A stretch of DNA of 64,000 nucleotides from an uncultured Candidatus Saccharibacteria bacterium (GCA_965230925.1 OZ246403.1:458455-522454), one strand, 5' to 3'. Positions 37,186 through 46,719 are shown, counted from the stretch's first letter. Program-made: numbers and translations. The notes: generated from the sequence alone by a model not told the origin.

Positions 37186-37638
37186 ATGGAAAAACTAATT
37201 GTTTATACCGATGGTGGTTCACGGGGGAATCCCGGTATTGCTGGTGCTGGGACGGTAATTGCCGATGCGACAGGGAAAGAACTAAAGGTGGCGACTAAAG
37301 CTCTTGGGGTGATGACCAATAATGAGGCCGAGTATCAAGGCGTGATCTTGGCGCTTGAGACGCTGAAGAAACTTCTCGGCAAAGATAAACTAAAAGATCA
37401 GCCCATCGAATTTAAGCTCGACAGTGAACTTGTGGTGAAGCAGCTTCGGGGCGAATATCAAATTAAAGAAGAGAAACTCGGCCTCCTTTTTCTCAAAATT
37501 TGGAATGCCCGTGTGGCCGACTTCCCACGCCTTACCTTTACCCATATCCCGCGCGAAGAGAACTCCCGCGCCGACGCTCTCGCCAATGAAGCGATGGATG
37601 AGCAAGAGAAAACAAGCGCTAATCTATTTACTCACTAA
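37186..37638 (+). CDS. rnhA: ribonuclease H (type 1)
   Basis: VYTDGGSRGNPGIAGAG...NNEAEYQGVILAL...SRADALAN matches RNase HI catalytic motifs (D-E-D-D). 150 aa. Confidence 0.75.
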   Translation: MEKLIVYTDGGSRGNPGIAGAGTVIADATGKELKVATKALGVMTNNEAEYQGVILALETLKKLLGKDKLKDQPIEFKLDSELVVKQLRGEYQIKEEKLGLLFLKIWNARVADFPRLTFTHIPREENSRADALANEAMDEQEKTSANLFTH

Positions 37639-38743
37639 TTGTTACCGGTTTCCCGTCTTTAATAATTCTTACGACCGCTGGTGAGATTACTAGGCCGTCG
37701 GCATCAATGCTCAGATTATTACCCACAGCAGCATCGAATCCTTTTGTTTGTTTTAATTCATTTTTAATCTGAGTGCTGGAAGGAATGGTTTTTCCATCAC
37801 CAGCTTTTTCGGTGGCTTGGACAATGAGATTTACTACATCATAAGCATTCGCCGCGCCAAATTTTGGCGAATCATTATAGGTTTGAGTATAGAGCTCAAT
37901 GAACCACGGCATTGGGTCTGCCCCATTGATGTACCACATACCTTCAAAGAGTGAGAGATCGTCAGAGAATTCAAAGGCTTCCATGGTGGTTACCGGCGTA
38001 GTAATGCCCGCTTCTCGGAGTTGTCGTGTTAACACTTCAAGCTCGGGGGAAGTGGCTTCGAGAACGTAAATTTCCGGATTAAGATTCTTGACCGCATTGA
38101 TTTGGGTACGGAAGTCTCGCGTGCCGGTATTAAATTTTTGCGTAGCAAGTACCTGGATATCAGTATTTTTAATGTCTTTCTCGAAGGTGTTGATAATAGC
38201 GGTGACTCCGGGATTATCCTGCTGACCAAAGAAGACCAGGGTTTTAATATCTCGCTTGTTTAATTCAGAGACAAAAAGCCTTGAGTCCTCATAAGCCGGC
38301 GTATAGTGAACAAAATTATAATCACCATCAGCCACGCTTGAGGCTGAGGCAAAATCATTCACATGAGTAATCTGTGCTTTCTCCGCGATAGGGCTCACCA
38401 CGTTGCCGACCGGTGATCCGAAGGAGATAAGCGCTGAAACGCCGTCAACACTAATTAATTTATTTGCGGTGGTGGCGCCAACCGCTGGTTTGAACTGATC
38501 GTCCTCAAAAATCAATTCGTAATCGTATTTTGTTTTAGAAGAGAGTTGAGCTTTCGCCAGTTCCATGGCTTTTTTTGCGCTCTGGCCTAGCACAGCCACA
38601 TTTCCGGTGAGGGGAAGAGTGACACCGATTTTAACCGTAGGCTTTGCTGTTGGCGTTTGTTGCCCAGAAAATGAAGAAATTCCCCAATACGCTAGGCCAA
38701 TCACAATAATCCCAGCAATGATTTTAACTGTTTTATTCATCAT
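37628..38743 (-). CDS. ABC-transporter periplasmic binding protein, type-1 PBP (branched-chain amino acid binding family)
   Basis: N-terminal anchor/signal, then KIGVTLPLTGNVAVLGQSAKKAMELA, typical of LivJ/LivK-like binders. 371 aa. No permease or ATPase genes adjacent. Confidence 0.65.
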   Translation of the reverse strand: MMNKTVKIIAGIIVIGLAYWGISSFSGQQTPTAKPTVKIGVTLPLTGNVAVLGQSAKKAMELAKAQLSSKTKYDYELIFEDDQFKPAVGATTANKLISVDGVSALISFGSPVGNVVSPIAEKAQITHVNDFASASSVADGDYNFVHYTPAYEDSRLFVSELNKRDIKTLVFFGQQDNPGVTAIINTFEKDIKNTDIQVLATQKFNTGTRDFRTQINAVKNLNPEIYVLEATSPELEVLTRQLREAGITTPVTTMEAFEFSDDLSLFEGMWYINGADPMPWFIELYTQTYNDSPKFGAANAYDVVNLIVQATEKAGDGKTIPSSTQIKNELKQTKGFDAAVGNNLSIDADGLVISPAVVRIIKDGKPVTISE

Positions 38744-38883
38744 TTAATTTTAAACTATCTAGTAATACAAACAATATAAGAACACGGATAAGTACAGTTG
38801 TGTATTTAGAAAACAGTTCAAGGTCATGCAAACCTTTGTTTATAGCCATTTTTTATTACTTTAATAAATTCTGTTCGTAAGAA

Positions 38884-38912
38884 TTGACAGTTTTAGTCAA
38901 GTGCGATAGGCT
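38884..38912 (+). promoter_or_regulatory. candidate promoter TTGACA-17-TAGGCT, 7 nt upstream of the TrmB-like gene's likely ATG (leaderless)
   Basis: TTGACA at 38884-38889, 17-nt spacer, TAGGCT at 38907-38912, ATG at 38920. Confidence 0.35.
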
Positions 38913-38919
38913 TTTGGCA

Positions 38920-39711
38920 ATGAATATTGGTCATTTGCCGGGAACGTTTGAGAAAGTGGGTTTATCGCCCAAAGAAGCCCTGGTATATGCGGCTTTAGTA
39001 AGGCTCAACGGAGCCTTTCCTTCTACTCTCGCTGAAGAAACAAAGTTAAATCGGAGTACGGTCTATAAGATTCTCCTTGATCTCTCGGTGAAAGGGCTGG
39101 TTAATGAAATAAAGAAAAGGAACAAAATTTATTACCAGATCGAAAAGCCATCCAAGCTTCTTCGGTATGCCAAAGATCAAGTCACGATTGCCAACGATCA
39201 TCTAGAAACAGTTCAGAAGTTAGTTCCCGATCTTGAGGGGATGTATTCACTTTTTTCTAATAAACCAAAAATCACTTACTTCGAGGGGATTGAGGGAATT
39301 TTATCGATTTATGAAGACCAGGTTGTTACGAATAAAAAATATGAAATGATGGCTTTTGCTAATGCTACCGAGCTGGAAAATGTTTTCCCAGCTAAGTTTT
39401 TTGAAAATTATCGGAGAACGAAAGAAAAAATTGGTATTACCACAAGAGGAATTATTACCGACTCCAAAGAAAACTCCACTTTCATTGAGCGAATGTACGC
39501 GGGATATAAAAAAGAGGTAATTCCCAAAACAAAATTAATTCCGGCCGCCGAGTTTCCTTTTAAGGGTGAGCTCACTATCTATCGAGATAATCGGGTTTCA
39601 ATTGTAAACCTCAATAAAGAGCATCTCACTGGCCTAATTATTGAAGACGAAACTATTTACAATATGATGCGAATGATTTTTGAACTATCGTGGAAGGGGG
39701 CAGGGAAGTAA
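38920..39711 (+). CDS. TrmB-family winged-helix transcriptional regulator
   Basis: N-terminal helix-turn-helix LSPKEALVYAALVRLNGAFPSTLAEETKLNRSTVYKILLDL matches TrmB-type regulators. The start is taken at the internal Met (MNIGHL); the track ORF starts 12 codons upstream at TTG. Confidence 0.6.
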   Translation: MNIGHLPGTFEKVGLSPKEALVYAALVRLNGAFPSTLAEETKLNRSTVYKILLDLSVKGLVNEIKKRNKIYYQIEKPSKLLRYAKDQVTIANDHLETVQKLVPDLEGMYSLFSNKPKITYFEGIEGILSIYEDQVVTNKKYEMMAFANATELENVFPAKFFENYRRTKEKIGITTRGIITDSKENSTFIERMYAGYKKEVIPKTKLIPAAEFPFKGELTIYRDNRVSIVNLNKEHLTGLIIEDETIYNMMRMIFELSWKGAGK

Positions 39712-39712
39712 A

Positions 39713-40270
39713 TTATTGATAGTCGCAGAAAACAGCGGCGGCGAAGACGGTGGTCCAGAGACAGTCCTTGTTGCCAATGGCAGATTGAGTGACATTGGTG
39801 CTTTTGATAATTTTCCCACTCATCTTATAAATTTGTTCGCGTTCATCCCAATCTTGATTGGGATCAAAGTCGATACCAAGCGTGGTGGCAAGCATTGAGG
39901 CCGCCAAGTCTTCAGCGTAATCACCGGCTTTTTGACCATCTTCACCCCAGGAGTGGTGCTCCGAGAGATATCCGTATTGGGTTGAATCAGAAGGAATCGC
40001 GACCCCCACTGAGGCAGCAATGAGCCGATTTGGTTCATTGGTAGCATTGCGATCATAGGCGGAGAAAACCACCTGACCAGGTTTAATCAGCTTCGCTCCT
40101 TCATTTTTACTCACAATTTTGCAGCCAGGAGGGAAGATGCTGGAGACGAGAACCAGGTTGCAGTGCTCCACACCCGCTTCACGGAGCGCCATCTCGAAGG
40201 AGGCGAGTTGATTCTTATGAACCCCCACCCCTTTGGTGAGGAAAATTTTTGTCGGAACAAGTAGTTGCAT
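39713..40270 (-). CDS. pdaD: pyruvoyl-dependent arginine decarboxylase (PdaD family)
   Basis: [13 protein letters not shown]...[16 protein letters not shown] matches the PvlArgDC pro-enzyme with the SSI(F/M)PP self-cleavage region. 185 aa. Confidence 0.7.
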   Translation of the reverse strand: MQLLVPTKIFLTKGVGVHKNQLASFEMALREAGVEHCNLVLVSSIFPPGCKIVSKNEGAKLIKPGQVVFSAYDRNATNEPNRLIAASVGVAIPSDSTQYGYLSEHHSWGEDGQKAGDYAEDLAASMLATTLGIDFDPNQDWDEREQIYKMSGKIIKSTNVTQSAIGNKDCLWTTVFAAAVFCDYQ

Positions 40271-40342
40271 TTTTATTGTCTGCGATACGCGTTAAAATGA
40301 GACTATTAATAAAACAGTTTCATTATAAGAAAATCGTCAAGG

Positions 40343-41785
40343 ATGACAACAGTGCATAAGCCTATTGTTGTGATTTTGGGTTTTACCGCTGGTGTTTGGT
40401 TTGCCGATCAAACTCTTTTTGGTCCAGCGATTCTCGGGAGCAGCCTCTTTTTTGCACTTGCTTGTTTTGTTTATGCGCGAATTTTAAGGGAATCGCGATT
40501 TGTTGTTATTGGTTTTTTCTTACTTGGGATCATGTTGGGCGCTCTTCGTTTTGGGGTTCACGAGAGTTTCACCGATCGTCGCTTGGACGAGTATCTCGGT
40601 ACAGAAGTAAATTTGCGAGCTCAGATCACGACGCCGCCAGATCGGCGAGAAGATGTGACTAAGCTTATGGTGACTCCAGAGAACACGAGCGCCGAACTTG
40701 TAATTTGGGCTCCGCGGGAAGGGGAATGGGAATATGGTAATTGGCTCGAGGTTCGCGGAATTCTTGGCCAAGAAAAATATGGCACTCGATATCAATTAAA
40801 TCGGCCAAAGCTTGAGCCGCTAACCACAGAAGAAGAAAGTAGTGTACGCAGTCAACTTTTCGGTCTTAAGGATGCAGTGCTTAATAATTTTCGTGCGGTG
40901 ATCCCGGAGCCGGCGGCGGGATTGCTTGGAGGTTTGGTTCTCGGCGAGAAGCACGGTCTTTCTCAAGTCTGGAGTGAACGTTTCCGGCGTTCCGGTCTTT
41001 CCCATATCGTTGTGCTTTCTGGATATAACCTCACCATTCTTGCCGAGAGTTTATTGCGCGCTTTGCAATTCTTGCCCCGCGCGACGGCCTACGGCGTTGG
41101 TGCCGGATCAATTATTCTCTTTACCCTCATGACCGGCGCAGAAGCGGCTACTGTCCGCGCCGCCGTAATGGCGCTTGTGGCCCTTCTGGCTCGTGCGACC
41201 GGCCGCGAGTATCAAGCCACGCGCGCCCTTTTGCTTGCTGGATTTATTATGCTTCTCTACGACCCGACCTTGCTTACTGGTGATCCCGGTTTCCAACTTT
41301 CTTTTCTCGCGACACTTGGGCTGCTCCAATTTTCACCTCTTATCGATCGTTTATTGAGTCGGTTCTGGCCGGCAAAGGGAAGATTTCCTACTTTCCGAGA
41401 AATTGCCGTGAGCACTATTGCGGTCCAAATTTTTATTCTCCCGTGGGTGCTCTATCAGTTTGGCGCCTGGTCAATTGTTGCCTTGCCGGCGAACTTGCTC
41501 GTTTTACCCATTGTACCTATCACCATGTTCCTCGGTTTTCTTGTTGGATTGGTAGGGTTTATCACTTCAGTGCTTGCTTGGCCGATAGGTTTGATCGCGT
41601 ATCTTTTTCTGGGTTACCAACTTCTGGTTGCTCGTTTCTTCGCCGCGTGGCCCGGGGCAAATTTTACTCTCGAACACTTTCCTCTCATTCTCGTGATTAT
41701 TTTCTATCTTGTTTACGCAAAACTCATTTTGTGGCATAATCGGACCAGCTCCGGTTCCTTGCCATCTGATGTGGCGGGCAGTTGA
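40343..41785 (+). CDS. comEC: ComEC/Rec2 N-terminal part: OB-fold (DUF4131-like) plus competence channel domain, no MBL domain
   Basis: Polytopic membrane protein. OB-fold-like segment (NLRAQITTPP...WLEVRGIL). Competence motif LGEKHGLSQVWSERFRRSGLSHIVVLSGYNLTIL. 480 aa. Ends without the C-terminal metallo-beta-lactamase domain. Confidence 0.75.
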   Translation: MTTVHKPIVVILGFTAGVWFADQTLFGPAILGSSLFFALACFVYARILRESRFVVIGFFLLGIMLGALRFGVHESFTDRRLDEYLGTEVNLRAQITTPPDRREDVTKLMVTPENTSAELVIWAPREGEWEYGNWLEVRGILGQEKYGTRYQLNRPKLEPLTTEEESSVRSQLFGLKDAVLNNFRAVIPEPAAGLLGGLVLGEKHGLSQVWSERFRRSGLSHIVVLSGYNLTILAESLLRALQFLPRATAYGVGAGSIILFTLMTGAEAATVRAAVMALVALLARATGREYQATRALLLAGFIMLLYDPTLLTGDPGFQLSFLATLGLLQFSPLIDRLLSRFWPAKGRFPTFREIAVSTIAVQIFILPWVLYQFGAWSIVALPANLLVLPIVPITMFLGFLVGLVGFITSVLAWPIGLIAYLFLGYQLLVARFFAAWPGANFTLEHFPLILVIIFYLVYAKLILWHNRTSSGSLPSDVAGS

Positions 41786-41812
41786 GTGTTCCCAAGCTAG
41801 GGAGGGCTTTTC

Positions 41813-42268
41813 ATGCTTAGAAGAGTGTTGATGATTGTGGTGGGTTGTTTTCTCTTGTTGATCTCGGCGGGAGGGTCGGGAATAAACAGAGAATCGGGGG
41901 TTCAAGTGGCGGGGGTTGATCTGGACTTGATAATGGTTCAGATGAAGGCTGACCTAGAGTCCGAGGAAAACGGCCAGTTCGTTCGTTTCAAGGTGGAGCG
42001 GATCGTTGATGGTTCGACCAGCGGCCAGAAATTTCTCGTGTTCGAGAAAAAGGAAGGCAGTAGCATCAAACTTTACGCCGTGCTCGACCGTCAAGCAGGA
42101 GACAATTCCGTTTACCAATACCAGGTCGGCGACATCGCGCACTATGCCGTCTGTATTCTTTCTTGTTCCTTGTCTCAGGAAGAAATTCCTTTTGGGCAAA
42201 TGCTCGTAGTGCCCTTGAGACGCGGTTCAGCTATCCCAGATTATCCGGATGCACTGGTTTTCGATTGA
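41813..42268 (+). CDS. secreted hypothetical protein lying between the two ComEC halves
   Basis: 151 aa. N-terminal signal/anchor (MLRRVLMIVVGCFLLLISAGG). No recognisable family. Local GC appears elevated. Confidence 0.45.
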   Translation: MLRRVLMIVVGCFLLLISAGGSGINRESGVQVAGVDLDLIMVQMKADLESEENGQFVRFKVERIVDGSTSGQKFLVFEKKEGSSIKLYAVLDRQAGDNSVYQYQVGDIAHYAVCILSCSLSQEEIPFGQMLVVPLRRGSAIPDYPDALVFD

Positions 42269-42454
42269 GGTGGAAAGATGGGCGTGGGTCCTGAAGAGGG
42301 GTTGTGGATTGGCTTTCTGACCCTGGTTGCGCTGGCCTTGGCCCACTTGCTGGCGGCCGCCTTTGGTAAAGATGATTAAGATAAACAATTTCGCCGGTTT
42401 CGAGCTTGAGCTCGGAACTGGCGATTTTTCTTTTGCCCGGCGATACTTAAAGGC

Positions 42455-43363
42455 ATGTGGCGGCGGGAAAATGTTAAATGGTTCGTGGTTATCGTTCTTT
42501 TTCTCGCCAATTTTCTTGTCTGGTATGCAGTTCAAGCAGAAGATCGTGGCGGATTGTTAACGGTTGCTTTCTTAGATATCGGTCAGGGCGATTCCATTTT
42601 CATTGATGCGCCAAACGGTAATCAGATTTTGCTCGATGGTGGTCGCGGGCGCCAAGTGCTCGAGGCGCTCGCGGCTGAAATGCCATTTTATGATCGTTCA
42701 CTTGATCTGGTGATTGCTTCGCACCCCGACGCGGACCACATTGGTGGTCTCACTGATGTTTTTGAGAATTATGAAGTAACCGGCTTTCTCGAGCCGGGTG
42801 TGCCGGCCGATACTGGTGTTTATGAGCGACTCCAATCTGATGTTGCGGCCGAAGGAGCTCAAACAATGCTTGCCGAGCGCGGTATGCGCATTGTTCTCGA
42901 TGATCTCCACGGTGTTTATCTCACCATTCTTTTTCCTGACCGAGACCCATCAGGCATGGAAACTAATGAAGCCTCAATTATTGCTAAACTTACTTATGGC
43001 GAGATCGACTTTCTCTTAACCGGTGATTCGCCAGCGAAAATTGAAAAATATTTGACAGGGGTTGATGGGGCAATGTTGCAGGCCGAGGTGCTAAAAGCTG
43101 GTCACCACGGATCGAAAACCTCTACCTCTGACGCTTTTCTTGGGGCTGTGGCGCCTGAATATGCCGTTATTTCTGTGGGGAAAAATAGTTATGGTCACCC
43201 GAGCCCAGAAGTGTTGGATCGACTCGAGGCGGCAAAAATAAAAACCTTTCGTACGGACGAATTGGGGACAATCCTTTTTGCGACCGACGGCGAGAAGATT
43301 TATACTAATTGGACTAGTCTAAGCGGCATTAGAGCGAATGTTGTATCAGAAAATTTATTTTAA
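42455..43363 (+). CDS. ComEC/Rec2 C-terminal-type metallo-beta-lactamase domain protein with its own N-terminal transmembrane anchor
   Basis: TM helix (VKWFVVIVLFLANFLVWYAV), then LTVAFLDIGQGDSIFIDAPNGNQILLDGG...HPDADHIGGL, the MBL motif set typical of ComEC C-termini. 302 aa. Confidence 0.75.
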   Translation: MWRRENVKWFVVIVLFLANFLVWYAVQAEDRGGLLTVAFLDIGQGDSIFIDAPNGNQILLDGGRGRQVLEALAAEMPFYDRSLDLVIASHPDADHIGGLTDVFENYEVTGFLEPGVPADTGVYERLQSDVAAEGAQTMLAERGMRIVLDDLHGVYLTILFPDRDPSGMETNEASIIAKLTYGEIDFLLTGDSPAKIEKYLTGVDGAMLQAEVLKAGHHGSKTSTSDAFLGAVAPEYAVISVGKNSYGHPSPEVLDRLEAAKIKTFRTDELGTILFATDGEKIYTNWTSLSGIRANVVSENLF

Positions 43364-45410
43364 ACTCGGAGTTACTAGCGGACTATTAATCCTAGCCTTG
43401 CTTTTATTTCAGAAATTATCTTTGTCGCCCCTTAGTCAAACTGGCCTTATTAACCAAGGGCCACTCAGTAAACGTTCAATTTCTGTGGTGGCACCGAGTG
43501 AGCCGGAGTTAAGTCCTCTAACCAATCGCCCTCCTCAGGTTTTTGCCGGGTCTGATCAAACCATTAATGCCTCAACCGCCAATCTTTTTGGGACGGCAAA
43601 CGATGATGGTTTGCCCAACCCGCCAAGCCGGCTCAGTTTCCAGTGGCAAAAAGTTGGTGGTCCAGGAGAAGTTTTGTGGGGAAACCAAGAAATGATTCTT
43701 ACTACCGCGTCCTTTTCCGATCCTGGTTCATATACCTTACGCCTCACGGTTTCTGATGGTCTTCTTAGTGCCAGCGATGATCTGGCAATTAATGCTTCTT
43801 GCGCCGGAAATACTCTACCCACGCCGGCCCTGGCTTCGCTGAGCGGAGGAGAAGTGGGGCAGCCTGTTATTTTTAACGCTTCAGGTTCGCACGATTTGGA
43901 TGGGCAGGCGCTTGAGTATAAATTTAACTTTGGTGACGGGGTGACAACAGACTGGTTGGCAACCCCGATAATTCCTCACACCTACAACCAGACCGGGAGC
44001 TATTCAATATTGCTGTGGGTGAGAGACACCTGTGGAGGCGAGTCGGAGCCGCTTATGACCTCCGTGTTGATTGAGGTTGCTGCACCGCATCAAGCTTCCT
44101 TGGTTAGAAATATCAACCCTGGAACGAGTGGCTCTAATCCCACCTTAGCCGCCCAGCTGAATGCTACCACTTTTCTTTTTGCTGCTACCCACAATACTTC
44201 TGGTCGGGAGCTTTGGCGAAGCGACGGCTCAGCTGTCGAAACCAGACTCGTAAAAGACATCAATTTAACTGGTTCCGCAGCCAACTCTTTCCCGCAGTCT
44301 TTTGTCACTTTGAATGACTTGGTTTTGTTTACTGCTGATGACGGTGTTCATGGTCGGGAGTGGTGGCGGAGTAACGGCACGAGCACAGGTACTGCTTTGG
44401 TCAAAGATGTCTATCCAGGCAATGTTGGTTCGGACCCGATTATTATTGGCCAATTAGGAAATGAAATTTATTTTGCGGCGAACGACGGTGTTCATGCTCG
44501 GGAAATATGGAAAACTGATGGTACGGAAGCCGGAACAGTTTTGGTGAGAGACATTAGTTTGACCGGTAATGGCGTGTTGGCTAATGCTCCCGATGTCCGC
44601 AGTGGCGGAGTTTTAGGTGATTACCTGTATTTTGTCGGCAATGACTTAGGTCCAGCTTTTACTGATTGGGAATTGTGGCGCACCGACGGCACCGAGGCAG
44701 GAACAACCCTGGTTAAGAACATTAATCCTACCAGCAATTCATTGCCTGAAGGGTTTTTGAGTGTTGGGTCTAGTTTATACTTTACGGCTTGGGACGGTGT
44801 TCATGGTGAGGAATTGTGGAAAACCAATGGGACTGAAGCAGGAACAATTATGGTTAAAAACATTAATCCCAATGAGGGCTTTGTTTCGTCAGGACCACGG
44901 CGTTTAACTAAATGGAATAACCAAGTTTACTTTTCAGCTGATGATGGAGTTTTTGGGTACGAATTGTGGAAAACGGACGGTTCTCTTGAGGGGACAGTTT
45001 TAGTCACCGACATTTTTCCTGGAGCCAACTCTTCTTTACCCGATGAGTTAATGGTCGGCGGTAATTCTTTCTATTTTGTTGCTGATGACGGTGTTCATGG
45101 TGCCGAACTTTGGCGAACTAACGGTACCGCTTTCGGCACTGCTTTAGTGAAAGACATTTACCCTGGATCAGAAGCGGGTGAAATCAGAGACCTTACTTGG
45201 TTTAACGGGGAGCTTTTCTTTGGGGCCAAAGATAGTCTAGCCAATAATGAACTGTGGCTAAGCGACGGTACGGCACAAGGGACGGCTCAAGTTCAAGAGA
45301 TTTATTCCGGGTTAAACGGAGCTTATCCTAACGGCTTTTTCCCTATAAACAACCGCCTTTATTTTGCTGCAGATAATGGTTTAGTAGGAGTGGAGCTTTG
45401 GGGTTACTAG
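43338..45410 (+). CDS. secreted ELWxxDGT-repeat beta-propeller protein with N-terminal Ig-like (DDGLPNPP) and PKD domains
   Basis: Signal/anchor. One module (AGSDQ...NDDGLPNPPSRLSFQWQKVGGPG...LRLTVSDG) homologous to the repeats of the 2390-aa protein. PKD motif YKFNFGDG. At least 10 repeats of ELW(R/K)(S/T)(D/N)GT..GT.LVKDI.PG. Confidence 0.8.
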   Translation: MLYQKIYFKLGVTSGLLILALLLFQKLSLSPLSQTGLINQGPLSKRSISVVAPSEPELSPLTNRPPQVFAGSDQTINASTANLFGTANDDGLPNPPSRLSFQWQKVGGPGEVLWGNQEMILTTASFSDPGSYTLRLTVSDGLLSASDDLAINASCAGNTLPTPALASLSGGEVGQPVIFNASGSHDLDGQALEYKFNFGDGVTTDWLATPIIPHTYNQTGSYSILLWVRDTCGGESEPLMTSVLIEVAAPHQASLVRNINPGTSGSNPTLAAQLNATTFLFAATHNTSGRELWRSDGSAVETRLVKDINLTGSAANSFPQSFVTLNDLVLFTADDGVHGREWWRSNGTSTGTALVKDVYPGNVGSDPIIIGQLGNEIYFAANDGVHAREIWKTDGTEAGTVLVRDISLTGNGVLANAPDVRSGGVLGDYLYFVGNDLGPAFTDWELWRTDGTEAGTTLVKNINPTSNSLPEGFLSVGSSLYFTAWDGVHGEELWKTNGTEAGTIMVKNINPNEGFVSSGPRRLTKWNNQVYFSADDGVFGYELWKTDGSLEGTVLVTDIFPGANSSLPDELMVGGNSFYFVADDGVHGAELWRTNGTAFGTALVKDIYPGSEAGEIRDLTWFNGELFFGAKDSLANNELWLSDGTAQGTAQVQEIYSGLNGAYPNGFFPINNRLYFAADNGLVGVELWGY

Positions 45411-45418
45411 AAAATTTT

Positions 45419-45619
45419 TTAAGCTTTAAACTTAAGTTGGCGATTACCCTTAAGGCAAGAAGTGCAGATCTTAATGCGCCTGCCAGCAGGTAAAGCAGCC
45501 CATTGGAGATTGGGGTACTTTCGTTTCATGCCAACCGGATTAAATTTGGTGGCGCGGACGCGGTTGGAATATTTTCCAGCCATCATCGTCCCTTTATTGC
45601 AAATGGGGCAAGCTTTCAT
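45419..45619 (-). CDS. rpmB: 50S ribosomal protein L28
   Basis: 66 aa, basic. Cys pattern (CPICNKG...CTSC) and conserved L28 spacing RATKFNPVGMKRKYPNLQW. Convergent with the ELWxxDGT-repeat protein gene. Confidence 0.6.
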   Translation of the reverse strand: MKACPICNKGTMMAGKYSNRVRATKFNPVGMKRKYPNLQWAALPAGRRIKICTSCLKGNRQLKFKA

Positions 45620-45650
45620 AACCCGAGTATGCTAACATGGCTTTCTCTTT

Positions 45651-46250
45651 ATGACAATTGACTTCGTTTTTAGTATCGCGATTCTCATTATTTCGGTGGT
45701 GATTCATGAGGTGGCTCACGGTTATGTGGCCGAGGCGCTTGGTGATCCGACCGCGCGCCTCCAAGGTCGGCTTACGCTTAATCCGATTAAGCATCTCGAC
45801 CCGTTTGGTTCATTAATTCTACCCTTACTTCTTTATTATTCTGGTTTGGGGGTAGTTTTCGGCTGGGCCAAGCCGGTGCCCTATAATCCTTACAATTTGC
45901 GGGCCGGGAAATGGGGTCCGGCTCTTGTTGCGGTGGCGGGGCCAATTTCTAATTTAATCCTAGTTTTTGTTTTTACTCTTTTCTTCCAGTTTTTACCAGT
46001 TAGTCCCGCGATTCACCCCATTTTGGGGTTGATTGTTATGGTCAATCTCTCTCTCGCGATTTTCAACCTTATCCCAATTCCACCTCTCGACGGTTCCAAA
46101 ATCCTTTTCGCTCTTATACCTTACCGCTGGCGGGCGATCGAAAACTGGATGAATACCTATTCCTTCATTTTACTTCTCTTTGTTCTCTTCTTCTTGTGGG
46201 ACCTGGTTGCACCGGTCGTTTTGTGGTTATTCTCATTACTTATTGGTTGA
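45651..46250 (+). CDS. site-2 protease family (M50-like) membrane metalloprotease
   Basis: HEVAHG (HExxH) in the first transmembrane helix, then GSLILP...NLIPIPPLDG (LDG motif), typical of small S2P-family proteins. 199 aa. Confidence 0.75.
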   Translation: MTIDFVFSIAILIISVVIHEVAHGYVAEALGDPTARLQGRLTLNPIKHLDPFGSLILPLLLYYSGLGVVFGWAKPVPYNPYNLRAGKWGPALVAVAGPISNLILVFVFTLFFQFLPVSPAIHPILGLIVMVNLSLAIFNLIPIPPLDGSKILFALIPYRWRAIENWMNTYSFILLLFVLFFLWDLVAPVVLWLFSLLIG

Positions 46251-46299
46251 CACTTGCTTGTTTCCCTAAGACATATTAAAGTAGTAACCACTCAGTTTT

Positions 46300-46719
46300 A
46301 TGGCGACATTCAATCAATTAATTAAGCGGCCGCGGCAGTCTATCCGGGCCAAGTCACGCACCGTCGGGTTGGCCCGCGGTTTCAATGTGAAGAAAAACCG
46401 CCCGGTGTTCTACCCCTCGCCTTTTAAGCGGGGAGTTTGCGTCCAGGTTAAGACCACTACGCCTAAAAAGCCAAACTCGGCTATTCGGAAGATCGCCCGT
46501 GTTCGCCTCAACAACGGCATGGAAGTCACTGCCTATATCCCAGGTATTGGCCACAATCTCCAAGAGCACTCGGTGGTAATGATCCGGGGCGGTCGGGTGA
46601 AGGATCTTCCAGGTGTGCGGTATCACATTGTTCGCGGTCGTTATGACTCTTCTGGCGTCGACAAGCGAATGCAAGGCCGATCACTTTATGGTGCCAAGCG
46701 ACCTAAGAAAGGTAAATAA
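46300..46719 (+). CDS. rpsL: 30S ribosomal protein S12
   Basis: NQLIKRPR...[19 protein letters not shown]...[34 protein letters not shown] is the S12 signature. 139 aa. Confidence 0.9.
   Translation: MATFNQLIKRPRQSIRAKSRTVGLARGFNVKKNRPVFYPSPFKRGVCVQVKTTTPKKPNSAIRKIARVRLNNGMEVTAYIPGIGHNLQEHSVVMIRGGRVKDLPGVRYHIVRGRYDSSGVDKRMQGRSLYGAKRPKKGK

Noticed and set aside
42327-42560. 77-aa ORF overlapping the start of the MBL gene, and 40396-40662 / 41443-41739 ORFs inside comEC
   Set aside because: Alternative frames of clearly coding membrane-protein genes; Cys/Arg-rich nonsense composition.
46247-46275. TTGACA at the end of the S2P gene as -35 of an rpsL promoter
   Set aside because: No convincing -10 at 16-18 bp spacing (gacata/agacat at best). 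Left uncalled.
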